Source of the DNA: Caedimonas varicaedens
GTDB lineage: Bacteria; Pseudomonadota; Alphaproteobacteria; Caedimonadales; Caedimonadaceae
Assembly (NCBI GenBank): GCA_001192655.1
Contig: BBVC01000001.1
Span: forward strand, 1 to 10,899
Reading direction: 5' to 3'
DNA: 10,899 nucleotides
Of the stretch, positions 1 to 7,400 are shown one piece after another. Both the position numbers and the translations under genes were made by a program. How positions within the stretch are numbered: position 1 is the stretch's first letter; each line of letters starts with the position of its first letter. The notes under the pieces were generated by a model. That model searched no databases. It was not told the DNA's origin and was given only the letters and a program-made list of their open reading frames with translations.

Positions 1-136
1 GAGGCTCAGGCTTCTTGACCCATCTGACAAGACTGGTCACTCCAACACCAAAGAGATCCGCCGTTTCAGCAAAACTCAAATTTTTCTTCTTTTTTACAGA
101 TAAAACACGAAGTCTAAAATCTAATGAATAGGTCAT
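1..136 (-). CDS. IS630-family transposase, first 45 codons only (remainder outside window)
   Basis: The ATG at 136-134 (minus) corresponds to ATG 4178-4176 of the complete copy. It reads MTYSLDFRLRVLSVKKKKNLSFAETADLFGVGVTSLVRWVKKPEP..., an HTH-type N-terminus. Confidence 0.85.
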   Translation of the reverse strand, partial: MTYSLDFRLRVLSVKKKKNLSFAETADLFGVGVTSLVRWVKKPEP

Positions 137-192
137 GGAATAATCCTCTTAAAAATTATCCATAATATAACCATTTTAAAGGTTTTTAGCTA
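1..192 (-). mobile_element. IS630/Tc1-mariner-family insertion sequence, partial copy truncated by the window edge (transposase-start end with terminal inverted repeat)
   Basis: nt 1-196 match 4043-4238 at 196/196 positions (compared by eye). That is the last 192 nt of the complete IS at 3333-4234 plus the following TATA. The element ends ...GGTTTTTAGCTA at 192, followed by TA (193-194). Confidence 0.9.
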
Positions 193-528
193 TATAATCT
201 ATGCAGGTGTTAAGGGGGTGCCTTAGCTTTTTTAGGCAGAAGAAGTTTAGCTGGGCGAGTAAACGAATTGATCAATCCAGGACGAAAAAGCTGAAAGATT
301 CTGTGGAATCACCCCTACCAAATCTTATTCCTTTAATTTTTAAATATCCCGATGAAGCTTTGCAAAATGCTTGAGTTGCTGAAAAATTTATGTATCATGA
401 GGATCAGGCAGAGGGGGGGGTGCCATAGCTTTAGAATAATAAAAAAAGCTGATAGGTATGGTTTCCTTTACAAACAGGGCGGGCTAACAGATCGAAAGAT
501 CACCCCTAACTTTAGCCTTGGCGTAAAC

Positions 529-1434
529 CTAATGAATTTTCTTCTTCATGTCCTGAAGTTCCGTGACAGAAATACTCGTGGCTTTAGAAATTTGTTCCAA
601 ATGAATGCCTAGCTTCATTAAATTAAAGGCGATTGCATGTGAGGTTTCGATCTTTCCTTCGATCTTTCCTTCTTGTCTAAACTGTTCAGCAATGGTCATA
701 ATCTTTTCCTCACTAACGGATTCAAGTCTTTTGATGGTCTGAAGGAACTCTGCCTTGTCAGACACTTCTCCCGCTTCAACAACATAACTAATAATAGTAT
801 AAATATAGCTCACCTCGTTCTGGCTTTCAAGTTTTCTCAAAATATCCAAAAAACTTTTAAAGAATGGAAGAATATCAGGATCATGGATGTGTTTTGCAAG
901 CAATGCCATAGCTCCGAAAAATTGGTATTGGCGTAGCACTTCATCAGACACTTGCGTCAGGTCGATCAGATGATAAGGCGAGGTCATCATTTCTTTAGCC
1001 AGGTCTTTTTGCTCTCTAAACAAATCAAAAAAATCCATCGAATACTTGTAAGGTTTCTCACCGGTATAAATAATACAAGGATAGATTAGGGGCAGCTGTT
1101 TACTTCCTGTTTTCTGAAGGTGAGAATCCATGATTTTCGTCATGTATTTGAGCATCCGAAAGGGAAGCATTTCCTGAGGCGTGGAGGCGTGTTCAAGCAA
1201 AACGTAGAGAAAGCCTGGGTTGCCATTGAACCTGACTGCATACAAGAGATCCGCGATTTGCAGCCGTAAAGAGTCTTCGACAAAGGATTCTTTCTGAGGT
1301 TCAATCGACGAAAAATCGAGGATCTCCTTGATTTTATCAGGCAGATGATGGTCAAAGAACTCCCGTATAACGCGAGGATTCGTCATCAAAGAACGGACAA
1401 AGCGATCATGGGGAGAGAGCCGGCTTTTGGGCAT
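529..1434 (-). CDS. Rpn-family (YhgA-like / Transposase_31, PD-(D/E)XK) recombination-promoting nuclease / putative transposase, 301 aa, apparently intact
   Basis: The track ORF is colinear by eye with E. coli YhgA/RpnA-type proteins. Shared elements: N-terminal SPHDRFV; IADLLYAV..GNPGFLYVLLEHAS nuclease core; MLPFRMLKYM; and the C-terminal tail MTIAEQFRQEGKIEGKIE...ISKATSISVTELQ, typical of the family's (E/Q)G-repeat plus helical tail. Confidence 0.9.
   Translation of the reverse strand: MPKSRLSPHDRFVRSLMTNPRVIREFFDHHLPDKIKEILDFSSIEPQKESFVEDSLRLQIADLLYAVRFNGNPGFLYVLLEHASTPQEMLPFRMLKYMTKIMDSHLQKTGSKQLPLIYPCIIYTGEKPYKYSMDFFDLFREQKDLAKEMMTSPYHLIDLTQVSDEVLRQYQFFGAMALLAKHIHDPDILPFFKSFLDILRKLESQNEVSYIYTIISYVVEAGEVSDKAEFLQTIKRLESVSEEKIMTIAEQFRQEGKIEGKIETSHAIAFNLMKLGIHLEQISKATSISVTELQDMKKKIH
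647..670. repeat. Perfect 12-bp tandem duplication TCGATCTTTCCT x2 inside the rpn 3' region
   Basis: 647-658 is identical to 659-670, and the next 2 nt (TC) continue the unit. On the coding strand it encodes EGKI-EGKI, so it is in frame. Confidence 0.9.
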
Positions 1435-1500
1435 CCTCTATTCTTTCAGAAACGGATATCCAGGAAACAATCCTGATTTTACAAGTCTTTGAAAACCATA

Positions 1501-1740
1501 GCATCCCCCCGCTAAAGGTCAAGTCCTTTCCCCTTAAAAAAGACTTGACGGGGAGAACCCCGGCGCAAAAGAAAGGCCAAGCCCTTCGGGAAAAAAGGCG
1601 GTTTCCCCAAGCTTCGGTCGCAGCGCTACGCTTGCTCCCTGCCAGCTTGGGTGATCCCCCCCGCCTTTTCTGCCTTGCTTTTGCTCCCCCCTTTAAAACT
1701 TTTCGGGAGCGCGGCGCGGTGCGCTGCGCTCGAACGAGCA
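1501..1740. other. GC-rich, hairpin-dense non-coding island in the divergent rpn / ORF131 intergenic region
   Basis: Hand count gives 143/240 G+C (~60%), against roughly 40-45% in the flanks. It contains C6 (1505-1510), C7 (1656-1662) and C6 (1686-1691) tracts. Inverted repeats and hairpins: GTCAAGTC 1518-1525 / GACTTGAC 1542-1549; CGGGG-AGAA-CCCCG 1549-1562; CCCAAGCT 1606-1613 / AGCTTGGG 1644-1651, enclosing a bulged hairpin at 1620-1635; and an 11-bp GC stem (one G-T pair) with a GGT loop at 1707-1731. ORFs here are Arg/Pro/Gly-rich on both strands, consistent with composition artefacts. Confidence 0.6.
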
Positions 1741-1766
1741 AACATCAAGGATAAAAGGAGAAAATT

Positions 1767-2162
1767 ATGGAACCTCATGGAACTTACAAACTTTCTGATT
1801 CTTGTTACATTTATTTGAATCATAGAGACCTGACTCAAGAACAGAAGCAACAAATCATAGATTTGCTGCTGGCCCATCGCATGTATGATTGTACACGTAA
1901 ACATGAAGACCCCTGGGGCAGGGATATAGATGACGATGAATGGAAACCTTTTAAGCAGTTATCGGAGCAACGCAGCCAATTAAGAAGAATATTACGGTTT
2001 GCAGACCTTAACAAGCTTTGTTGGGATAAGCTTAATTTGAACCGTTTCGGATTTAACAACGGCAAGGTTCGTTATCTTAGTATCCAATGTGAAAACGAAG
2101 AAATAACCTCTCGTATGCAGGAGCTTGTTTCAGTGAAAAAGAACAAGAAGAGGATTAAATAA
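1767..2162 (+). CDS. Hypothetical protein, 131 aa (no family recognised)
   Basis: AAGGAG at 1755-1760 lies 6 nt before ATG 1767. The ORF starts immediately after the GC island, has ordinary composition, and is followed by a perfect hairpin at 2179-2204. Confidence 0.65.
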   Translation: MEPHGTYKLSDSCYIYLNHRDLTQEQKQQIIDLLLAHRMYDCTRKHEDPWGRDIDDDEWKPFKQLSEQRSQLRRILRFADLNKLCWDKLNLNRFGFNNGKVRYLSIQCENEEITSRMQELVSVKKNKKRIK

Positions 2163-2178
2163 GCAGGAAGTTCATTGA

Positions 2179-2204
2179 GAAAGGGAGAGTTCACTCTCCC
2201 TTTC
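2179..2204 (+). other. Perfect 11-bp stem / 4-nt loop hairpin (GAAAGGGAGAG-TTCA-CTCTCCCTTTC), 17 nt after the ORF131 stop; possible terminator without a U-tract, or an oriT-type inverted repeat
   Basis: Arms 2179-2189 and 2194-2204 are exact reverse complements. The downstream sequence ATAACCTACACC is not T-rich, so it is not a canonical intrinsic terminator. Confidence 0.4.
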
Positions 2205-2279
2205 ATAACCTACACCTGATCATTAAGGAAACGAACTAAGATAAAAACAAAAAACTGAACGTCTTGGACAGGTGAAGAC

Positions 2280-2319
2280 TGGACAAGCGCGCTCATACAT
2301 TGTTATAAATAACAATGTA
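2280..2319 (+). promoter_or_regulatory. Candidate sigma70-like traA promoter overlapped by a 24-bp palindrome (candidate operator or oriT repeat)
   Basis: -35-like TGGACA at 2280-2285, an 18-nt spacer, and -10-like TATAAA at 2304-2309. The palindrome TACATTGTTAT-AA-ATAACAATGTA spans 2296-2319 with 11-bp perfect arms. An adjacent 8-bp palindrome AGCGCGCT lies at 2286-2293. All of this sits about 100 nt upstream of the traA ATG (2420). Confidence 0.3.
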
Positions 2320-2419
2320 CCGCTTCGTTGCAAGCAACAGCGACTGAAGCAGGGATACGGGAGAAAACAGCTCTTCGGGGCTGATGTTTCAACAGGAAAC
2401 AGCCGACAGGTTTTCTCTC

Positions 2420-3349
2420 ATGGCTATTTACAGTTTTACCATCCGCATTATCTCCCGCAGCAAGACGAATACAGTGGATGCTTTGGCTTATCGGGCCGGC
2501 ACAAAAGTGATCTGCCCCCGCACCGGAGAGACCTTTAACTACTCATCCAAAGAAGTCCAACACGTGGAGCTTCTCTTACCCGAAGGGGCACCTCAATGGG
2601 CAAGGAAACTTCAAGGTCTCATGGCAGAAGATCGGCAAAAAGGTGCACAGGAATTCTGCAATCGTGTGGAGAACGCCGAGAAGCGAAAAGATGCCCAGGT
2701 CTATCGAGAATTTCGTCTCACACTTCCTTTGGAATTCACCCAGGAACAAAGCATTGCTCTGACCCAAGAGTATATACAGGATCAAGCTTGCAAGCTGGGG
2801 ATGACCGCACTGCTCAACTTCCATTTCGATGAAGATCCGGAAACAGGCAAAGCCAACTCCCATTGTCATGTTCTTTTGTTGACGCGACGCCTGACGGAAG
2901 AAGGTCTTTCCGTCAAGAAAGATCGAAGCTGGAACAAAAAAACTCAACATGAAACCTGGCGAGAACAGTGGGCAGCTTATCTGAACTTTCATCTGAAGCT
3001 GAACGGATTTGATGTCATTGTGGATCACCGCTCTTATACGGAACAGGGTATTGATCTGGAGCCTCAACCCAAGCTGGGGCAGAACATCCGACAGATGGAG
3101 AAACGGTCAGGATTATCTCACAGAAATCAGACGGGGAAAGAAGCGGCTCGAAACAAAGGAGAGAATGTTTCCTCTCCAAACTCTTCTGCTTTGAATAAAC
3201 GGATGCAGTTTGACTCAATCTCAGTCAGAAATATAGGACGCCTCATCCAAAAACCTGAACGGGTGTTGAGATCGTCACCAAACATCAATCCACCTTTATG
3301 TGGGGGGATGTGGAAAGAGTCTTGTCCAAATATAGCTAACAACATATAA
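2420..3349 (+). CDS. traA: traA 5' fragment ORF: MobA/MobL relaxase domain; its last ~27 codons are out of frame and it terminates inside the IS
   Basis: The track ORF is 2384-3349. I prefer ATG 2420 because MAIY... is the canonical N-terminus of this relaxase family (RSF1010 MobA starts MAIYH). A Tyr lies at about residue 24 in ALAYRAG, with an HxH motif in SHCHVLL. The stop TAA 3347-3349 lies within the IS left end. Confidence 0.8.
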   Translation: MAIYSFTIRIISRSKTNTVDALAYRAGTKVICPRTGETFNYSSKEVQHVELLLPEGAPQWARKLQGLMAEDRQKGAQEFCNRVENAEKRKDAQVYREFRLTLPLEFTQEQSIALTQEYIQDQACKLGMTALLNFHFDEDPETGKANSHCHVLLLTRRLTEEGLSVKKDRSWNKKTQHETWREQWAAYLNFHLKLNGFDVIVDHRSYTEQGIDLEPQPKLGQNIRQMEKRSGLSHRNQTGKEAARNKGENVSSPNSSALNKRMQFDSISVRNIGRLIQKPERVLRSSPNINPPLCGGMWKESCPNIANNI

Positions 3350-3361
3350 AACGGTCATATT
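3333..3361. repeat. IS630 terminal inverted repeat (transposase-stop end)
   Basis: TAGCTAACAACATATAAAACGGTCATATT against the reverse complement of 4206-4234, TAGCTAAAAACCTTTAAAATGGTTATATT: 24/29 identical, with the first 7 nt perfect. Confidence 0.8.
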
Positions 3362-4178
3362 TTATTATCCTGAAATAATTGCTCGATAGAACACCTTTTT
3401 TTGCGTCTAATTGCTTTTGCTTGTGCCCATTTATGCTCGATGGGATTAAAGTCTGGAGAATAAGGAGGCAGATACAGCACGATATGCCCTGCCTCAGCAA
3501 TTGCTTTTTGCATCGCTTTTCCCTTATGAAAGGTGGCATTATCCAAAATAAGGACGCTTTTAGGAGGCAGTTTCGGAAGTAAATCGTCAATGATCCATTG
3601 TGTAAACACCTCGGTATTAATCGAGAAGCAGAACAAGCTCACGGTCAATAGCAGACCTTGGAATAAGGCGCCGATGACATTCGTTCGTCCCTTTGCTCCC
3701 CAATCATGAATCCCCTCACATCTCTTTCCTTTTGGAGAATAACCATGAGTGCGTGGCATATGGTGTGCAAATCCAGATTCATCAAGAGAAATGATAGGAT
3801 GCCCTGCTTCTTCATAAGCTTTCAGCTCTTGACAAAAAGTAGCACGCTTTTCTGGATCGGCCTTGGGATGTTTGTAGTCGTTTTTTTATAGGTCACATTC
3901 AAGCGTTTTAAAGCGTGCCATATCCCCATAGAGCTCACACCAAGACGTTCTGCTCTCTCGTACTGAGCATCAGGATAAAGCTGTATATCTTCTTTAAGGG
4001 CATCCATATTAAGCTTAGTGGCTGGTTTATGACGATGTGTCTGAGGCTCAGGCTTCTTGACCCATCTGACAAGACTGGTCACTCCAACACCAAAGAGATC
4101 CGCCGTTTCAGCAAAACTCAAATTTTTCTTCTTTTTTACAGATAAAACACGAAGTCTAAAATCTAATGAATAGGTCAT
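3355..4178 (-). CDS. IS630-family DDE transposase (~274 aa if orfA and orfB are joined by a -1 shift at the A7 run; otherwise frameshifted)
   Basis: orfA (3822-4178) has an HTH-like N-terminus ending ...ALKRLNVTYKK. The orfB frame is open from 3885 and reads KNDYKHPKADPEKRATFCQELKAYEEAGHPIISLDESGFAHHMPRTHGYSPKGKRC...LILDNATFHKG...YSPDFNPIEHKW. The catalytic D, D and E are present, with 34 residues between the second D and the E. Confidence 0.85.
3881..3887 (-). promoter_or_regulatory. A7 slippery run joining transposase orfA and orfB (candidate programmed -1 ribosomal frameshift or transcriptional slippage site)
   Basis: The minus-strand mRNA reads UAU AAA AAA ACG in the orfA frame. Re-reading one A gives AAA AAA AAC GAC UAC = KKNDY, which continues the conserved transposase sequence. 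The orfB frame is closed by UAA immediately upstream. Confidence 0.55.
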
Positions 4179-4205
4179 GGAATAATCCTCTTAAAAATTA
4201 TCCAT

Positions 4206-4234
4206 AATATAACCATTTTAAAGGTTTTTAGCTA
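4206..4234. repeat. IS630 terminal inverted repeat (transposase-start end)
   Basis: Partner of 3333-3361. The same sequence is present at 164-192 in the partial copy. Confidence 0.8.
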
Positions 4235-4499
4235 TATATCCATGAGGATGCCCTCTTCCATCGTCTGAATACCAAACTGAAAGCCTCGAAAGAATGGATA
4301 TTCCTGCGGGAAGTGCAACGGATGACCCTTGAGGGGAATCTGGAAGATCACTCTGTTTATACCACCCGTACTCTTTTGCAGAAAGAACTGGATCTGGTGC
4401 GTCTGGCGGAAACACTCAGCACCCAGCAAAGCCATCTTGTGAAAGCAGAAGAAATAGAAAAAGCTTTAATGCAAACAGATCGGAAATTCAAAGCTCAGG

Positions 4500-7400
4500 G
4501 TGGGTTTTCGGAGGATCAGAAAGAAGCGGCTGCGTCATCTCACCAAAGGAGATCGTTTATCCTGTATTGTGGGCTATGCGGGAGCAGGTAAAAGCGCCAT
4601 TCTGGAAGCGGCAAAAGAAGCCTGGGAAGCATCGGGCTATCGGGTCTATGGCTTGTCTCCCTTTGGCAAGGCAGCTGAGAATTTGCAAAAGAAAGGCATC
4701 CCCTCTCAAACCCTGCATAAATTCCTGAAAAGCTATCACAACGGACGAAGCCACTATCATGTCAAATCCGTGCTGGTGCTGGATGAAGCCGGATCCGTGG
4801 ATGTGACGCGGTTTCAGGAATTTCTTGCAGCCGTCGAGCATTTGGGTGTGAAGGCGGTGGTGGTGGGGGATGGCGCCCAGACTCAGCCCATTGAAGCAGG
4901 CGCCGCGTTTCGTCTGGTCACCAGTCGTATGGGATTGCGGAAGATTGAAACAGTGGTACGGCAGAAAGAAACGTGGCAGCGGGAAGCTAGTCGCTTATTT
5001 GGAACCTACGAGACACGCCAGGCTCTCCAGATGTATCAGGACAGGGGACATGTACAATTTGTAGAAGAGAAAATCCCTGATTTACAAGGGTTAATGGCAC
5101 AAGAAAAGCATCGGGAAATTGTGGAATGCTATAATCTCTCCCGCCGTCTCTGCGGCAATATCTATCACAAGATCTCAGAAGAAGCGGAAAGCAAGAACCT
5201 TAGCTCTCAAGAAACTTTCGTGTTTCTCAAAAAGCATCAGGATTACGCTGTCTTTAAACATTGGCAAACTCTCAGACGTTCTGCGTCTGACTCCATTCTG
5301 TCCCATTTAGAAGATTGCCGTCCCTTAATGAAAGAGTTGGGCGTCGATCCCTTAAAATTTGCTGGGCAGTTTGTCCAAAGAGACCGAGATGTATCTTCTC
5401 AAAACACCCAAGCCAGCCAATTGGTGAAGTTCTGGAACCTGCCAACGCCTGACCCTGAGACGCTCCCTCATCAATGTGAGGTGCGGGCAGAGACGAAAAA
5501 AGAAATGGTCAGGCAATGGGCGGTATCCCTCAAAGAGTTTCCAGATCAATCCCATGTGATGCTCACCTATACCAACAGGGATACGGCTTCCCTCAACCAC
5601 GAAGCCCGCCATCTGATGAAGCAACAGCGCGTGGTGTCTTTGGAAGAATATGTCTGCACCCTCAGGCGGGAAGATAAGGATGACTTTGGCAGGATCGTTG
5701 TCACCGAAGAGCAAAAGCCCTTTGCCAGAGGGGATCAGATCGTCTTTACCCGCAATGACAACAGCCTGAACGTCAAGAATGGCACGTTGGGAACCATTGA
5801 GGAGATCAACAGTCGAAAGATCAGAGTGAAACTGGAAGGAGAAGAACGCCACGTTTCTTTTGCCCTCAGGCTTTATCCGTATTTTGATTATGGATGGGCG
5901 GTTACCATCATCAAATCCCAGGGCATCACGGCAGATCGAGTCTTTAAGCTGGCAACTTACGAAGAAAACCGCAATCTGGCGTATGTAGGGATGACCCGTC
6001 ATCATCTTTCTCTAAAGGTGTTTGGATCAAAACTGGATTTCTGGCGAAATGACGTCTTTCTGGATCGCTTATCATCCAGCAAGGAAAAGTTGCTAGGGCT
6101 GGATTATATATCTCAGGAAGAAGCAGCTAGACGACTTCAGCCATCCCATTCCAAACTTGCACAGGCTTTGGAGAAGCTGGGGCATCAGATGGACGCCATC
6201 GAGTTTATCTCCCGCAAGGGTTGGGAGAGAATCGCTGAAAGGTTTCTGGGACAAACGCCACGGAAAGAAAATATTCAAATTCCGCAAGAGAGTCTTGAAG
6301 AAGCAAAACGGGCAAGACTGATGGGGGTTCATCCCGGCAAGATTTCGTTAAAAGAAAAGATAGTACTGAAATCTGCTGTATTGCAGCAAGCGGGCAAACT
6401 TCCCCCAAAAACTCTGACAGAAGCTGAAATGACCGCGGTCTTCCATCCCGAACCCACTGCTCCTGTATCACCAGCATTATCCCTAAAATCTGGAAAGATG
6501 CCTCACACTTTTTTATCTCCAACAACCCCATCCCCCTCTCCAGAACAAACCACTGAAAAGCCTCAACGACGGTTTGCGCCTGATCCTCAACCTCTCTATC
6601 GGGTGGAAGATGTCCGAAGAAACCTCACCTCTTATAGCGTGGAATATCTGTGTACTCATCTTTTGGGGAATTCCAATCCTCATTTGAGCAACAAACGACA
6701 GTTGCGGTATGGAAAGTCAGGATCTCTGGCGATCACGCTGACAGGCAAGAAGATGGGCATGTGGCATGATTTTGAAAGAGGCGAAGGGGGTGATCTGTTT
6801 CAACTGGTTCAGAGAGAACGGGGCGGAGAATTTAAGGAAGCTCTGGCGTATGTGGCAGAAGCATTACGGATCTCTCCGGAACATCTGCTTCCAAGACCCA
6901 CACTTTCTCAAAAAGACGATGATACCCTGAAAGAAGAGCGCCGCCGCCAGAAAGTCCAAAATCTGTGTAACGCCACCATACCTCTTCAGGGAACTCTTGC
7001 GGAAACTTATCTCAGGAAACATCGTGGTATTCGCGGCACGCTTCCGGCAGACTTGCAGTTTATCAAGTCTCATTACAATTATATTGCTGGGAAGTCTTTT
7101 CCGGTGTTGGCGGCACTGGCCAGAAACAAAACAGGAAAGGTCACAGGTGTTCAACTGGTGTTCCTTGATCGCTGGACAGGGCAAAAAGCAAAGGCTGATC
7201 TCACCAAACAATCCGTGGGGTCTTTTATTGGTTCTCCCGTTCAGATTCAAAAAGGAAGCGGCGTCATCTTTCTGGCTGAAGGCGTTGAAACGGCTCTCAG
7301 TTTGAAAGAAGCTGGACTCAAGGGAGATATTTACGCCACCCTGAGCGTCTCCAATATTCAGGGTATGGGAGCTTTCCTTCAGGATAAATCCAGACCTGTG

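Larger units (their letters stand above)
3333..4234 (-). mobile_element. Complete IS630-family insertion sequence, 902 bp, flanked by a TA target-site duplication (3331-3332 and 4235-4236)
   Basis: The terminal inverted repeats match at 24/29 positions. The transposase is DD34E-type. Removing 3333-4236 restores the traA reading frame exactly. A second, identical end occurs at 1-192. Confidence 0.9.

Noticed and set aside
352-612. 86-aa plus-strand ORF from the track
   Set aside because: It overlaps the 3' end of rpn antisense, has no SD, and has an odd Cys/Arg/Leu-rich composition. It spans the G8 tract and looks like a chance ORF.
1454-1476. GGATATCC palindrome (1454-1461) and AATCCTGA (1469-1476), which resemble IncP / T-DNA-border nick cores (ATCCTG)
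   Set aside because: A 6-nt match is expected by chance. That nick core belongs to MOBP relaxases, whereas the relaxase here is MobA/MobL (MOBQ)-like. It is not sufficient to call a nic site.
1601-1617. Apparent similarity between the GC island (TTTCCCCAAGCTTCGG) and the recD2 upstream hairpin region (8689-8703; shared 8-mer AGCTTCGG, partial reverse-complement match)
   Set aside because: Only 8 contiguous matching nt, or ~12/13 with a gap. Matches of that size are expected by chance in 10.9 kb on two strands.
1406-1904. Track ORFs 1406-1741 (-), 1545-1754 (+) and 1626-1904 (-) in the GC island
   Set aside because: They are mutually overlapping Arg/Pro/Gly/Ala-rich frames on both strands, as expected when stop codons are depleted in GC-rich DNA. 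One overlaps the rpn start and another overlaps ORF131. None has an SD or a recognisable motif.
2272-2538. 88-aa ORF overlapping the traA start, and the track's ATG 2384 as the traA start
   Set aside because: 2272-2538 is in a different frame across the conserved relaxase N-terminus. The 12 codons between 2384 and 2420 precede the family-canonical MAIY... start, so 2420 is preferred. Initiation at 2384 cannot be excluded.
4313-4591. 92-aa ORF as an independent gene
   Set aside because: It is the connector segment of traA (VYTTRTLLQKELDLVRLAE...FSEDQKEA). It is open upstream all the way to the IS junction at 4237 and runs out of frame only after the extra base at ~4529.
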